Positions 44,281 to 53,962 of a stretch of DNA of 64,000 bases are shown one piece after another. The stretch covers positions 13,227-77,226 of the forward strand of contig CADCEE010000002.1 of the NCBI GenBank assembly GCA_902800355.1. The letters are read 5' to 3'. Origin of the DNA: an uncultured Erysipelotrichaceae bacterium (GTDB lineage: Bacteria; Bacillota_I; Bacilli_A; RFN20; CAG-826). A program made the position numbers and the translations under genes. Position 1 is the first letter of the stretch. Each line of letters opens with the position of its first letter. Under the pieces are notes generated by a model that ran no database searches, was not told the origin of the DNA, and was given only the letters and a program-made list of their open reading frames with translations.

Positions 44281-45258
44281 TTATATCGCAATTTCTTTTT
44301 TATACTCTTCGATAATCTTAGTTAAATCAGAGTATGAATTTAGTTCAGTTGATAACCTACACTTTAATTGTTTTGACTTTGGAAAGCCATCAAAGAACTT
44401 AGTAGCTATACCTCTATAGACTCTCATAGCTAAATTTTCGCCTTTTTCTTCGATTAAAAGCCTGCCTAATTCTAAGCAATATCTTATTTGAGTGTCTAAA
44501 TCGGATAACAATAATTCTTTTTTATCATAATGGTTATTAATATTAGTGATTAAAAGAGGATTTCCAACTGCTCCACGGGCAACCATAACCCCATCAGCGC
44601 CTGTAATTTCCATAGCTTTAACAGCGTCTTCAACTGTATAAATATTACCACTAACAACCAATGGGACATTTATGCTCTTTTTTAAATCTTTAACTAATTC
44701 CCAATGAGGTTGTCCGCCATACATTTCTTTTGCACTTCTAGGATGAATAGCAATTAAATCAACTCCAGCAGCAATAACTTCTTTTATGACCTCTTTAAAT
44801 TGATCTTTATTGTTATTAGCTCCAAGTCGAATTTTCACAGTAACAGGTTTATGGGTAGCAACTTTAATTGCTCTAACAATGTCACCACATAACTTCGGAT
44901 TATTCATTAAACTTGAACCTGCTCCTGTCTTAGTCACTTTTGGAACAGGACATCCCATATTGACATCGTAAAAATCAATATTAGGATTCATTTTTTCACA
45001 AATTAAGGTCGCTTTTGCCAAATTTTCTGCAGAATTCCCAAATAATTGGACTCCCGTTGGAACATTTAAACGATCAAATGAAATATACGATTTAGTTTCT
45101 TTGTTTCCATATATTAAGCCCATATCAGAAACCATTTCGGTTACAACATATCCGACATTAAAATTGGCATAAAAATGACGATATGCCTCTGAAGTTATTC
45201 CTGCCATTGGGGCTAAAACAACATTAGATTTAATTTCAATATTTCCTATTTTAAACAT
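44281..45258 (-). CDS. dusB: tRNA-dihydrouridine synthase
   Basis: 325 aa with LAPMAGITSEAYR and NMGCPVPKVTK motifs. dusB-lysS synteny. Confidence 0.9.
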   Translation of the reverse strand: MFKIGNIEIKSNVVLAPMAGITSEAYRHFYANFNVGYVVTEMVSDMGLIYGNKETKSYISFDRLNVPTGVQLFGNSAENLAKATLICEKMNPNIDFYDVNMGCPVPKVTKTGAGSSLMNNPKLCGDIVRAIKVATHKPVTVKIRLGANNNKDQFKEVIKEVIAAGVDLIAIHPRSAKEMYGGQPHWELVKDLKKSINVPLVVSGNIYTVEDAVKAMEITGADGVMVARGAVGNPLLITNINNHYDKKELLLSDLDTQIRYCLELGRLLIEEKGENLAMRVYRGIATKFFDGFPKSKQLKCRLSTELNSYSDLTKIIEEYKKEIAI

Positions 45259-45275
45259 ATAAGAAAAAGAGGGGA

Positions 45276-47339
45276 TTATTCCCCCTTCTCTTCTACCTCG
45301 ACCGGTTGTGCTTCAGGTTGAGCAGCTTCCTCAACCTTAGCAATTTCAGATTTTTTGAGATGACGATGCTCGAGTAAATAATCAATCTCTTCTGCAGTGA
45401 TTTGTTCATATTCAAGAAGAGTTTTTGCAATTAATTCAACATCATCTTTATATTTCATAATGATGCTCTTAGCTTCATCATGTGCTTCATTAATAATCTT
45501 TTGAACTTCAGCATCAATTTTCTCAGCGGTAGCTAAGGAGAAATTCTTTTGACTTGATGTATAATCACGTCCTAAGAAGACACTTCCGGTATCTCTTTCG
45601 TATTGAATTGGACCTAATGAAGACATACCCAATTCGGTAACCATCATACGGGCAATTCTAGTGGCCATTTCGATATCATTTTGTGCTCCAGAAGAAATAT
45701 CATCAAAGAAAACTTCCTCAGATGAACGTCCGCCAAGATAACCCACAATACGAGCAATTAATTCTTTACGGGTTAATAAGAATCTATCTTCCTCAGGTGT
45801 CATACGCACATGTCCACCTGTATTTCCACGTGGAATGATTGTAATTTTTTGGACTTTATCAGAGTGTTCAAGTTTTAATCCGATAATTGCGTGTCCAGCT
45901 TCATGGTGTGCTACTACATCACGTTCGTGTGCATTAAGTGAGCGTGAGGATTTAGCTGGTCCAGCAATTCTTCTATCAATTGCCTCATCAATTTCAGCAG
46001 TGGTAATTTCATTCTTTCTTCTTCTAACCGCTAAAATAGCAGCTTCGTTCATGATATTTTCAATATCAGCACCTGAGAAACCAACGGTTCTTTTAGCTAT
46101 AGCAGTAAAGTCAACATCTTTTGCGAGTTTCTTATTTCTAGAGTGAACTTTAAAGATAGCCTCTCTACCTTCTCTATCAGGTAAGGAAACTGTAATCTTT
46201 CTATCAAAACGTCCTGCTCTTAAAAGAGCTGGATCAAGAACGTCGTCTCTATTGGTTGCGGCCATAACGATAATTCCAGAGTTGTCAGAGAAACCATCCA
46301 TTTCAACTAAAAGTTGATTGAGGGTTTGTTCTCTTTCATCGTTACCACCGCCTAAACCAGCACCTCTTTGTCTACCAACAGCATCGATTTCATCAATGAA
46401 GACTAAACATGGAGCATTTGCTTTAGCAGTTCTAAACATATCTCTAACTCTACCAGCACCAACACCAACAAACATTTCAACGAAGTCGGAACCAGAAATA
46501 GAGAAGAATGGAACACCAGCTTCTCCAGCTACAGCCTTAGCAAGTAAAGTTTTACCAGTACCAGGTGAACCAACTAATAAGATACCTTTCGGTAACTTAG
46601 CACCGAATCTGGTGAATTTTTGTGGATCTTTAAGATATTCAACAATTTCTTCCATCTCAGCTTTTTCTTCATCGCAGCCAGCGACATCTTTAAATCTAAC
46701 TTTAGAGTCTTGAATTCTTCTAGCGCGTGACTTATTGAAGTCCATGGCTTGTCTATTAGCTCCACCAATAGATCCAGATAATCTAGAGAATAAGAAGATA
46801 ACAATAATGGCAGAACCAGCAAGCATGATGATAGTTGGTCCCCAACTATCCCACCAGCTAGTTTGATAGGCGTCATTAATGCTAATTTTTTCAGTTGTAT
46901 ATTTATTAACCCAATAATTTAAGCTTAATTTAGGTAATTCAAGAACAGCGCCTTTAGCAAATTCTCCTTTAGGATTTTCTGGAGTTGCTAATTCAGGAAC
47001 AAAAATCTTATCTTCAACAACCTTAACTGTATAGCTGATTTCTCCGCTGTTATAAGTAGATTCATCAATAGTACATGAATAAGTTGTGTCATTAAATTGA
47101 CCACTTAAAGAAACATAACTACCTTCAAAGTGATGAGTAATTGTTGTGGTTTTAACTTGCTTGTTAACAAGAGCTTGGACGTATGCAGTAGAAGTTAAAG
47201 GTGTGGAGTTATCTCTATTTCCAAAGATACGATAAGCAAAAATCGCAATTAAACCTGCGACTAATAATATTGAAAAAATAAAGCCAAACGGAATTCTTCG
47301 TCTAGGCATCATATTAGGATTTTCATTATTTTCTGGCAT
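45276..47339 (-). CDS. ftsH: ATP-dependent zinc metalloprotease FtsH
   Basis: 2 TMs, AAA+ module ([19 protein letters not shown]) and the HEAGHA zinc site. Start revised to the ATG at 47339, 9 nt after GGAGG. Confidence 0.97.
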   Translation of the reverse strand: MPENNENPNMMPRRRIPFGFIFSILLVAGLIAIFAYRIFGNRDNSTPLTSTAYVQALVNKQVKTTTITHHFEGSYVSLSGQFNDTTYSCTIDESTYNSGEISYTVKVVEDKIFVPELATPENPKGEFAKGAVLELPKLSLNYWVNKYTTEKISINDAYQTSWWDSWGPTIIMLAGSAIIVIFLFSRLSGSIGGANRQAMDFNKSRARRIQDSKVRFKDVAGCDEEKAEMEEIVEYLKDPQKFTRFGAKLPKGILLVGSPGTGKTLLAKAVAGEAGVPFFSISGSDFVEMFVGVGAGRVRDMFRTAKANAPCLVFIDEIDAVGRQRGAGLGGGNDEREQTLNQLLVEMDGFSDNSGIIVMAATNRDDVLDPALLRAGRFDRKITVSLPDREGREAIFKVHSRNKKLAKDVDFTAIAKRTVGFSGADIENIMNEAAILAVRRRKNEITTAEIDEAIDRRIAGPAKSSRSLNAHERDVVAHHEAGHAIIGLKLEHSDKVQKITIIPRGNTGGHVRMTPEEDRFLLTRKELIARIVGYLGGRSSEEVFFDDISSGAQNDIEMATRIARMMVTELGMSSLGPIQYERDTGSVFLGRDYTSSQKNFSLATAEKIDAEVQKIINEAHDEAKSIIMKYKDDVELIAKTLLEYEQITAEEIDYLLEHRHLKKSEIAKVEEAAQPEAQPVEVEEKGE

Positions 47340-47435
47340 AAAAATTGACCTCCATATCAATATTGATACGATATCTTAAAAAGATATATAGATTATATTA
47401 GTTTTTATATATTTTGAAAAGTAAAACCGAAGTTT

Positions 47436-48647
47436 CTATTTTACATAAAAACTTAGATCATCAGACAGCTTAAAATCTTTTCGATAGCGAGGAATATAAA
47501 TTACTTCATCATTTTTATTTAAAATGACTGGCCAAATCATTCTTTTTCTAAATGGAACTTTCCAATCGATTAATAGTCTTTGCGCTTTAGCTTTATATCC
47601 ATTAATTATTATAAAATCATTCTTTTTAATGTTTCGAATAGTTAAAGGATAATCGTTAAAATCAACATTACGATCAGAAGTATCCATTTTAAAATTTAAA
47701 TAGAAAAATGGAGTGTCTAAAACTCCTGGACACATAAGTGTATATTTAAATTCCTGAGGTTCAGCTTTATTAACACCAAATTCAAAGAAATCATATTCTT
47801 TAAATAAATATAATCCTCTAAAAACTACAAACTGCCCATTAGGTTTATTGGACTTTAAAATCTTAATTATTTGTCCTACATTCTTCTTCGATAAACTTAA
47901 TGATTGATCTAGGATTTTTACTAAGTAATTTAGGACATAACACTGGGACGTAAAATCTAGTTTAAGTACATAATTAACGTCACATAATTTTGTATTATCA
48001 ATCAGAGCAAACATATTCTCTAGTTTTAAATTTGCTTCTTTAATTTCTTTTAAAATTTGTTCACGTTCTTTTTCTAACATTTTTGAAACAACATTGTGGC
48101 GAATTTTATTTCTCATAATTGAGATGTCAAAGTTAGTTTTATCTATAGCGTATGGGATATTATTTTTATCACAATATTCAACTAGATCAGCCTTCTTATA
48201 ATCTAATAATGGCCTAATTACTTTAATTCGATAAATCATCGTTTCAGGCGAGATTCCATAAAAAATTGGGCTATTTTGTCGTTCTTTTTGCATTAAATAT
48301 GTCTCAATAAGGTCATCTTGATGATGTGCAACTAATACTGCGTCAAATCCAAATTGCTCACATAAGTCTTTAAAGAATTTGTATCTAATTTCTCTACATG
48401 TTGCTTCAACATTCTTTTGGATTTTTTCTTTTACATCATATACATATACTTTGACATTAGACTCAGACCCATATTCAAGTAATCCGCTTACTTCGGAGTC
48501 GCTTTCTTCTCTTAAGTGATAATTAACAATCGCACAGGCAAAATTGTAATTGTTTTCTTTAAGTAAATGAAATAGAGCCATGGAGTCTGGTCCAAAGGAA
48601 CACGCTAATAAATATTTTTTACTTTTATCTAGATTATTTAGAGTCAT
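47436..48647 (-). CDS. tilS: tRNA(Ile)-lysidine synthase
   Basis: 403 aa. N-terminal PP-loop variant ACSFGPDSMAL. Position between yabO and ftsH as in Bacillus. Confidence 0.85.
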   Translation of the reverse strand: MTLNNLDKSKKYLLACSFGPDSMALFHLLKENNYNFACAIVNYHLREESDSEVSGLLEYGSESNVKVYVYDVKEKIQKNVEATCREIRYKFFKDLCEQFGFDAVLVAHHQDDLIETYLMQKERQNSPIFYGISPETMIYRIKVIRPLLDYKKADLVEYCDKNNIPYAIDKTNFDISIMRNKIRHNVVSKMLEKEREQILKEIKEANLKLENMFALIDNTKLCDVNYVLKLDFTSQCYVLNYLVKILDQSLSLSKKNVGQIIKILKSNKPNGQFVVFRGLYLFKEYDFFEFGVNKAEPQEFKYTLMCPGVLDTPFFYLNFKMDTSDRNVDFNDYPLTIRNIKKNDFIIINGYKAKAQRLLIDWKVPFRKRMIWPVILNKNDEVIYIPRYRKDFKLSDDLSFYVK

Positions 48648-48864
48648 AACTAGCTCGCTCTTTTTTACCTACTTTTTCGACTTTAGCAATAATTGCAAAT
48701 TCATTTTCACCAAACTTAATTAAAATGACTTCTCCGCCTTTAATATCAAAAGACGGTTTAGCGACTTTATCATTAACTTTAACTAAGCCTCTTTCACAGA
48801 ATTCTTTGGCGATAGTTCTTCTTTTAATAATGCGGGAATCTTTTAAAAATAAATCTAGTCTCAT
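48634..48864 (-). CDS. rqcP: S4-domain RNA-binding protein (YabO/RqcP, Hsp15-like)
   Basis: 76 aa with S4 motif RLDLFLKDSRIIKRRTIAKE...GLVKVNDKVAKPS. Located downstream of mfd as for B. subtilis yabO. Confidence 0.65.
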   Translation of the reverse strand: MRLDLFLKDSRIIKRRTIAKEFCERGLVKVNDKVAKPSFDIKGGEVILIKFGENEFAIIAKVEKVGKKERASYDSK

Positions 48865-51800
48865 GCTTTTACTATAATCTCATTGGTCTTAATGATATTT
48901 ACTAATGATTTTAATATATTTTCTAAATCTATTAACCAATTTCCTTTTTTATTCATCACAATTTTGAATTTATGGTTAAGATAACTAATCTTTATTATAG
49001 ATAAATATGGGATTAAAGTTTCAAAAAGAATATTGCCAATTCCTTTAATATTAATAAAGTTATCTCCTAAATATAATTCAACATTCATCTTGTTTTCTTT
49101 AATATCATTGATTTCACATTGCTTTACCATTAAATCAATTGCTCTTTTATAAAAGAGTTGTTCTACTTCATCAGGTAATCTACCATAAATATCTCTAACT
49201 TTATTTTTAATCTCTCTAAGAGAATCTATCGTAGAAGCGGCTAAAATATCATGATATAGTTCAATCTTATCACTATCAGAAGCATATTCTTTAGGAATAT
49301 ATGCATCAAACGCTAAAGATAAAGTCTTGTTATATTGCTCTTCTTTATGATCTATACCATCAAGTTTTTCCTTAACTGCCTCATTAAGGAGTTTGATATA
49401 CATATCTAAACCAATAGAGTCAATAAATCCAGCCTGTTCAGGACCTAATATATCTCCAGCTCCTCTAATCATTAAGTCTCTTTGAGCAATTTTGTAGCCA
49501 CTACCTAAAGCGGTGAAATCTTGTAAGGCTCTAAGTCGCTTTTGTGTGTCTTCTTTTAGGGCCTTATTCCCGTTATACATTAAATAAGCATAAGCAATTC
49601 TATTTCCTCTACCGACTCGACCTTTAATTTGATATAACTGCGCTAATCCATATCTTTCGGAATCATCAACAATAATCATGTTCGCATTAGGAACATCAAT
49701 ACCGTTTTCAATAATTGATGTACAAACTAATACTTGGATATCTCCAGAATAAAATTTAATCATCGTATCTTCGATATCATTTCTAGTCATTTTTCCATGC
49801 GCAACTGCAATATTAGCAGATGGAATTGCTCTTTTTAATCTAGAAGCAATCTCATAAATTGTTTCTATATCGTTATGTAAATAGAATACTTGCCCATCTC
49901 TACCCAGTTCTCTTTGAATTAATTCTTTAATCACTTGAGTATTAAAAGGAGTGACGTAAGTTTGTATTGGCATTCTTTCTCCAGGAGGAGTAGTAATTTG
50001 TGACATATTTCTCACTCCTAATAAAGAAATCTGTAAAGTTCTAGGAATTGGAGTCGCACTTAAAGTTAAAACATCAATATTAGATTTTAATTCTTTTAAT
50101 CTTTCTTTTTGTTCAACACCAAATCGTTGTTCTTCATCAACCACTAATAATCCTAAATCGTTATAAACGATATCACTAGATAATAATCTATGAGTGCCGA
50201 TAATTAAATGAATCTTACCTGCAGCTATATCCTTGATATATTCTTTTTGCTTTTTCTCAGGAATTAATCTAGAGAAGATCGCAATCTTAATATCAAATTT
50301 AGAGAATCTTTCAAGCGCTACTTCATAGTGTTGTCTAGCTAGTAAAGTAGTTGGGCAAAGTAAAACAGCCTGCTTTCCAGAATTAATACATTTAAAGATT
50401 GCTCTAAAAGCCACTTCCGTTTTACCAAATCCGACATCACCGCAAAGTAATCTATCCATCGGGTGAATCGATTCCATATCGCCCTTAATCTCGTTTAAAG
50501 ACCTAATTTGATCTTTAGTTAATTCAAATTCACAACTATCTTCAAAGGCTTTCTGGAATTCATCGTCTTCACTAAAGGCGTAACCTTCTATATGGCTTCT
50601 TTCAACATATAGATTAAATAATCTCTCCGCTAAATCATGAATTCTTTCTTTAATTTTCGCTTTTGTTCTTTCCCAATCTTTCGTGTGTAATCTAGATAAT
50701 CTAGGTCTAGCCCCTTCTTTACCTAAATATTTTCTAATTAATTGGAACTGAGATAGAGGAACATATAAAATCTCTCCTCCATGATATGCAAGTTTTAAAT
50801 AATCCTGATGTTTTCCTTCTACTTCAAGAGTTTGTAGTTCTAAGAATTGGCCTATACCTTGATATTCATGAACAACATAATCCCCTGGAGTTAAATCTTC
50901 GTAGCTTTTAAGAATCGTTGCCTCTTTAAATCGATTATCAAAGCGAGTAATTCTAATTTTCTCATTAAAGAGTTCTTTAGAAGTAAGGAAAACCACCTTT
51001 TCATCTTCTAAAACAAATCCAGAAGGAATGTTAGAAATAGATAATCCCACTAGATGTTTACTAGGTAAACCATATTCTTTAACCATTTCAAAAGGCATGT
51101 GAGAGGCATTTAATAAATCAATTATCGAATTTAAATGTTGTTTAGAAGATAAAGAAATATTTAATAAATAATTTTGATTAACATAGTTATGAATAATATT
51201 TATAACATCACTATCTTTGGACACTTCAAAAGGAATATTCTTACAGTTAAAGACTATGTCTTTATCGCTAGACTGTAATAAAGAAGTACGGATTAGATTA
51301 CCTCTATTAAATTTTAGTTCATCAAAAGAGTAACACATCTTAAGATGTGAGATAGTTTTTCCGTTTTCAAATAATTCCTCTAAGAATGAGAATGCCTCTT
51401 CTTCTAACATTTGAGAACTTGCTTTAATAGAAGCCTCATCCACTAAAACGGTTGTATATTCTTTTGTGTATTCTAAAAGTGAACAAAGTCGATCATCTAG
51501 AAGTGAGTAATATCGATATAATCTTGGAGAATATTGAAATTCAATTAATTCCGAAATATCATTATCCACTAAATCTCTTAGATTAGAAAAATCAGATGGA
51601 TTAAGTACTTCCTTATCTTTTTCTAATTGTTCATAAATTCGATTAGTAATAACTTTAAGGTCATCATCAGAAAGAATGAAATCACTTGCGGGTAAAACAC
51701 TTACTATTTCTACTTTTTCTTTTGATGACTGACTTGCCAAATCAAAAAATCTAATAGACTCAATTTCATTATCAAAAAGTTCGATTCTAATCGGGTCATC

Positions 51801-52271
51801 ATAATTAACTGAATAAATATCTAATATGTCTCCACGAGACGCAAATTGAAGTGATTGATCAACTTTATTAACTTGGCTGTAGCCCGCTCGGATAAGTCGA
51901 CTTTTAAGTACTTTAAGGTCAATAGACTGACCAACTCTAAAATTAAAACAGCTATCTAAAAATAGCGATTTTTCAGGCAAAAACCTGCTAATTGCGGAAA
52001 TATTTGCAATAACGACATCTATTTTACCTTTAATAATATTGTCTAAAATATAGATACGATTCGCACTCATTTCCTTAGACATCGCTAGAGTTTCTGCTCG
52101 AATTAATTCATCAGATGCATATAAAGAAATTTTGCTATTTGGTAATAAGCTAGTTAAAAAAGTATAAAGTTTTTGGGCCTTATATAAATTAGAAGTTATA
52201 AGAAGATATTTGCCTTTTTCTTCCTTAATAGAAGCTGCGGTCAATAAGGAAATTCCCACTAAATCGTCCAC
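48861..52271 (-). CDS. mfd: transcription-repair coupling factor
   Basis: 1136 aa. UvrB-homology N-terminal region, RNAP-interacting domain, SF2 translocase (GDVGFGKTE, DEEQRFG) and TRCF C-terminus. The ORF-track GTG start has no SD, and the frame stays open upstream to 52343 (see findings). Confidence 0.95.
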   Translation of the reverse strand: MDDLVGISLLTAASIKEEKGKYLLITSNLYKAQKLYTFLTSLLPNSKISLYASDELIRAETLAMSKEMSANRIYILDNIIKGKIDVVIANISAISRFLPEKSLFLDSCFNFRVGQSIDLKVLKSRLIRAGYSQVNKVDQSLQFASRGDILDIYSVNYDDPIRIELFDNEIESIRFFDLASQSSKEKVEIVSVLPASDFILSDDDLKVITNRIYEQLEKDKEVLNPSDFSNLRDLVDNDISELIEFQYSPRLYRYYSLLDDRLCSLLEYTKEYTTVLVDEASIKASSQMLEEEAFSFLEELFENGKTISHLKMCYSFDELKFNRGNLIRTSLLQSSDKDIVFNCKNIPFEVSKDSDVINIIHNYVNQNYLLNISLSSKQHLNSIIDLLNASHMPFEMVKEYGLPSKHLVGLSISNIPSGFVLEDEKVVFLTSKELFNEKIRITRFDNRFKEATILKSYEDLTPGDYVVHEYQGIGQFLELQTLEVEGKHQDYLKLAYHGGEILYVPLSQFQLIRKYLGKEGARPRLSRLHTKDWERTKAKIKERIHDLAERLFNLYVERSHIEGYAFSEDDEFQKAFEDSCEFELTKDQIRSLNEIKGDMESIHPMDRLLCGDVGFGKTEVAFRAIFKCINSGKQAVLLCPTTLLARQHYEVALERFSKFDIKIAIFSRLIPEKKQKEYIKDIAAGKIHLIIGTHRLLSSDIVYNDLGLLVVDEEQRFGVEQKERLKELKSNIDVLTLSATPIPRTLQISLLGVRNMSQITTPPGERMPIQTYVTPFNTQVIKELIQRELGRDGQVFYLHNDIETIYEIASRLKRAIPSANIAVAHGKMTRNDIEDTMIKFYSGDIQVLVCTSIIENGIDVPNANMIIVDDSERYGLAQLYQIKGRVGRGNRIAYAYLMYNGNKALKEDTQKRLRALQDFTALGSGYKIAQRDLMIRGAGDILGPEQAGFIDSIGLDMYIKLLNEAVKEKLDGIDHKEEQYNKTLSLAFDAYIPKEYASDSDKIELYHDILAASTIDSLREIKNKVRDIYGRLPDEVEQLFYKRAIDLMVKQCEINDIKENKMNVELYLGDNFINIKGIGNILFETLIPYLSIIKISYLNHKFKIVMNKKGNWLIDLENILKSLVNIIKTNEIIVKA

Positions 52272-52355
52272 GACAAAATGCCCACTTTTTGCTAAGTAGG
52301 GGGGTATCGCTTTATTAGTTTTTAATTTATCAAAAAGGTTCGTCTAACTTCCTCC

Positions 52356-52910
52356 TTAACGATTATATTTATTCATCGCACTGTCGAAATTATTCTTTAA
52401 TATTTCTTTAAGTGCGTCTACAGCTTTATTAATCGCTTCATCAATTAACGGTCTTTCTTCTTTAAGAGGCTTGCCTAAAACATAATCAATCGTATCAAAT
52501 GTTGGCTTGCCAATGCCAATACGGATACGTTTAATCTCTTCTGTTCCTAGATTTTCAATAATGTTTTGAATTCCTTTATGACCCCCACTAGATCCTGATA
52601 GACGTAATCTAATTTTTCCTGGTTCTAAATCAAGGTCATCATAGATGACAATAATGTCTTCAGTAGGAATTTTAAAATATGCGACTATTTCTCTAACCGA
52701 TTCCCCGCTTAAATTCATATAGGTTTGAGGTTTTAATAAATATATATCTTCTTCAAATACCTTGCCTCTTCCAACTAAACCTTTAAAAGCTTCTTTATCA
52801 ATATCGATTTTTGCTAATTCTGAAAATAGGTCGATAACATCAAAACCCATATTATGACGAGTGTGCTCGTATTTCTTTCCAGGATTACCTAATCCAACAA
52901 TTAATTTCAT
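52356..52910 (-). CDS. pth: peptidyl-tRNA hydrolase
   Basis: 184 aa with MKLIVGLGNPG...TRHNMGF and related motifs. Confidence 0.95.
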   Translation of the reverse strand: MKLIVGLGNPGKKYEHTRHNMGFDVIDLFSELAKIDIDKEAFKGLVGRGKVFEEDIYLLKPQTYMNLSGESVREIVAYFKIPTEDIIVIYDDLDLEPGKIRLRLSGSSGGHKGIQNIIENLGTEEIKRIRIGIGKPTFDTIDYVLGKPLKEERPLIDEAINKAVDALKEILKNNFDSAMNKYNR

Positions 52911-52984
52911 AATCGCTTAATATAATATCAAATTAGCAAATAAACATATATGTTAATTTGAAAAATGTTATATACTAACAAGGT

Positions 52985-53929
52985 ATGAAAAACTGGTTAA
53001 AGACTTTATTATCAGGAATGGCGATTGGCTTTGGCAGCGCAGTCCCTGGAGTAAGCGGTGGCACTATCGCTGTTATTTTTGGTGTCTATAATAAAATTAT
53101 TTGGGCTGTAAGTAATATTTTAAAGCACTTTAAAGAGGCTTTTAGAGTGTTACTTCCAACTTTATTAGGTGTAGTACTTGCTTTAATTCCAACTATATAT
53201 TTAATGGATAAAGCTCTAGATAGTTTTGTCTTTGGAGTAGTTTGTATATTTGCCGGATTTATCATCGGCTCTATTCCAGGAATTAAGGATGAAGTTAAAG
53301 ATGTTAAACCTAACAAAGTTCACATTATTATTTTAATAATAAGCGCATTAGTTGCGATCGCTTTAGGTATTGCAAGTGTTCTTGCTAAAGCGGATGTTTC
53401 AATTTATTTTTATGGTCAAACACCAATTTGGTTCTATTTTGTAATGATACCAGTTGGAATAGTTGCCTCTATAGCATTAGTGGTCCCTGGACTATCTGGA
53501 GGAATGCTTTTACTTTTAATGGGCTTTTACGCTCCATTAATCAACTATACAACTGACACCATAAAAGAATGTATTCAAGGACATAACTGGTCAAATTTTG
53601 GTAATTTAGCCGGCATATTAGGTTGCTTCTTAATAGGCGCTTTAATTGGCTTCTATTTTGTTTCCAAACTAATGAATTATTTACTAAGTAAGTATCATGA
53701 TTATACTTTCTATTCAATTTTAGGATTTGTCTTAGGAAGTGTTCCTGCTTTATTCTTTAATTTTAAAATCTATGAATATTATGGAAAATGGCAAGCTAAA
53801 ATGGTCACACCTTTATATATTGAAATCCCTATTGGAATAGTCTTATTAATAGGAGTCACAACTGCCTCATATATGCTAGTGAGATATAAAAGAAAAGTTG
53901 AACAAAATCAAAAGGAGATCGTTGAATAA
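52985..53929 (+). CDS. DUF368-family polytopic membrane protein (putative undecaprenyl-phosphate translocase)
   Basis: 314 aa with about 8-9 TMs and the duplicated motif PGVSGGT / PGLSGGM characteristic of DUF368. Confidence 0.82.
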   Translation: MKNWLKTLLSGMAIGFGSAVPGVSGGTIAVIFGVYNKIIWAVSNILKHFKEAFRVLLPTLLGVVLALIPTIYLMDKALDSFVFGVVCIFAGFIIGSIPGIKDEVKDVKPNKVHIIILIISALVAIALGIASVLAKADVSIYFYGQTPIWFYFVMIPVGIVASIALVVPGLSGGMLLLLMGFYAPLINYTTDTIKECIQGHNWSNFGNLAGILGCFLIGALIGFYFVSKLMNYLLSKYHDYTFYSILGFVLGSVPALFFNFKIYEYYGKWQAKMVTPLYIEIPIGIVLLIGVTTASYMLVRYKRKVEQNQKEIVE

Positions 53930-53950
53930 GATCTCCTTTATTTATTTTAA
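53911..53950. terminator. bidirectional terminator overlapping end of DUF368 gene
   Basis: AAAGGAGATC-(9-nt loop containing the TAA stop)-GATCTCCTTT, a perfect 10-bp stem, then TATTTATTTT. Confidence 0.7.
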
Positions 53951-53962
53951 ATAAATAATATA

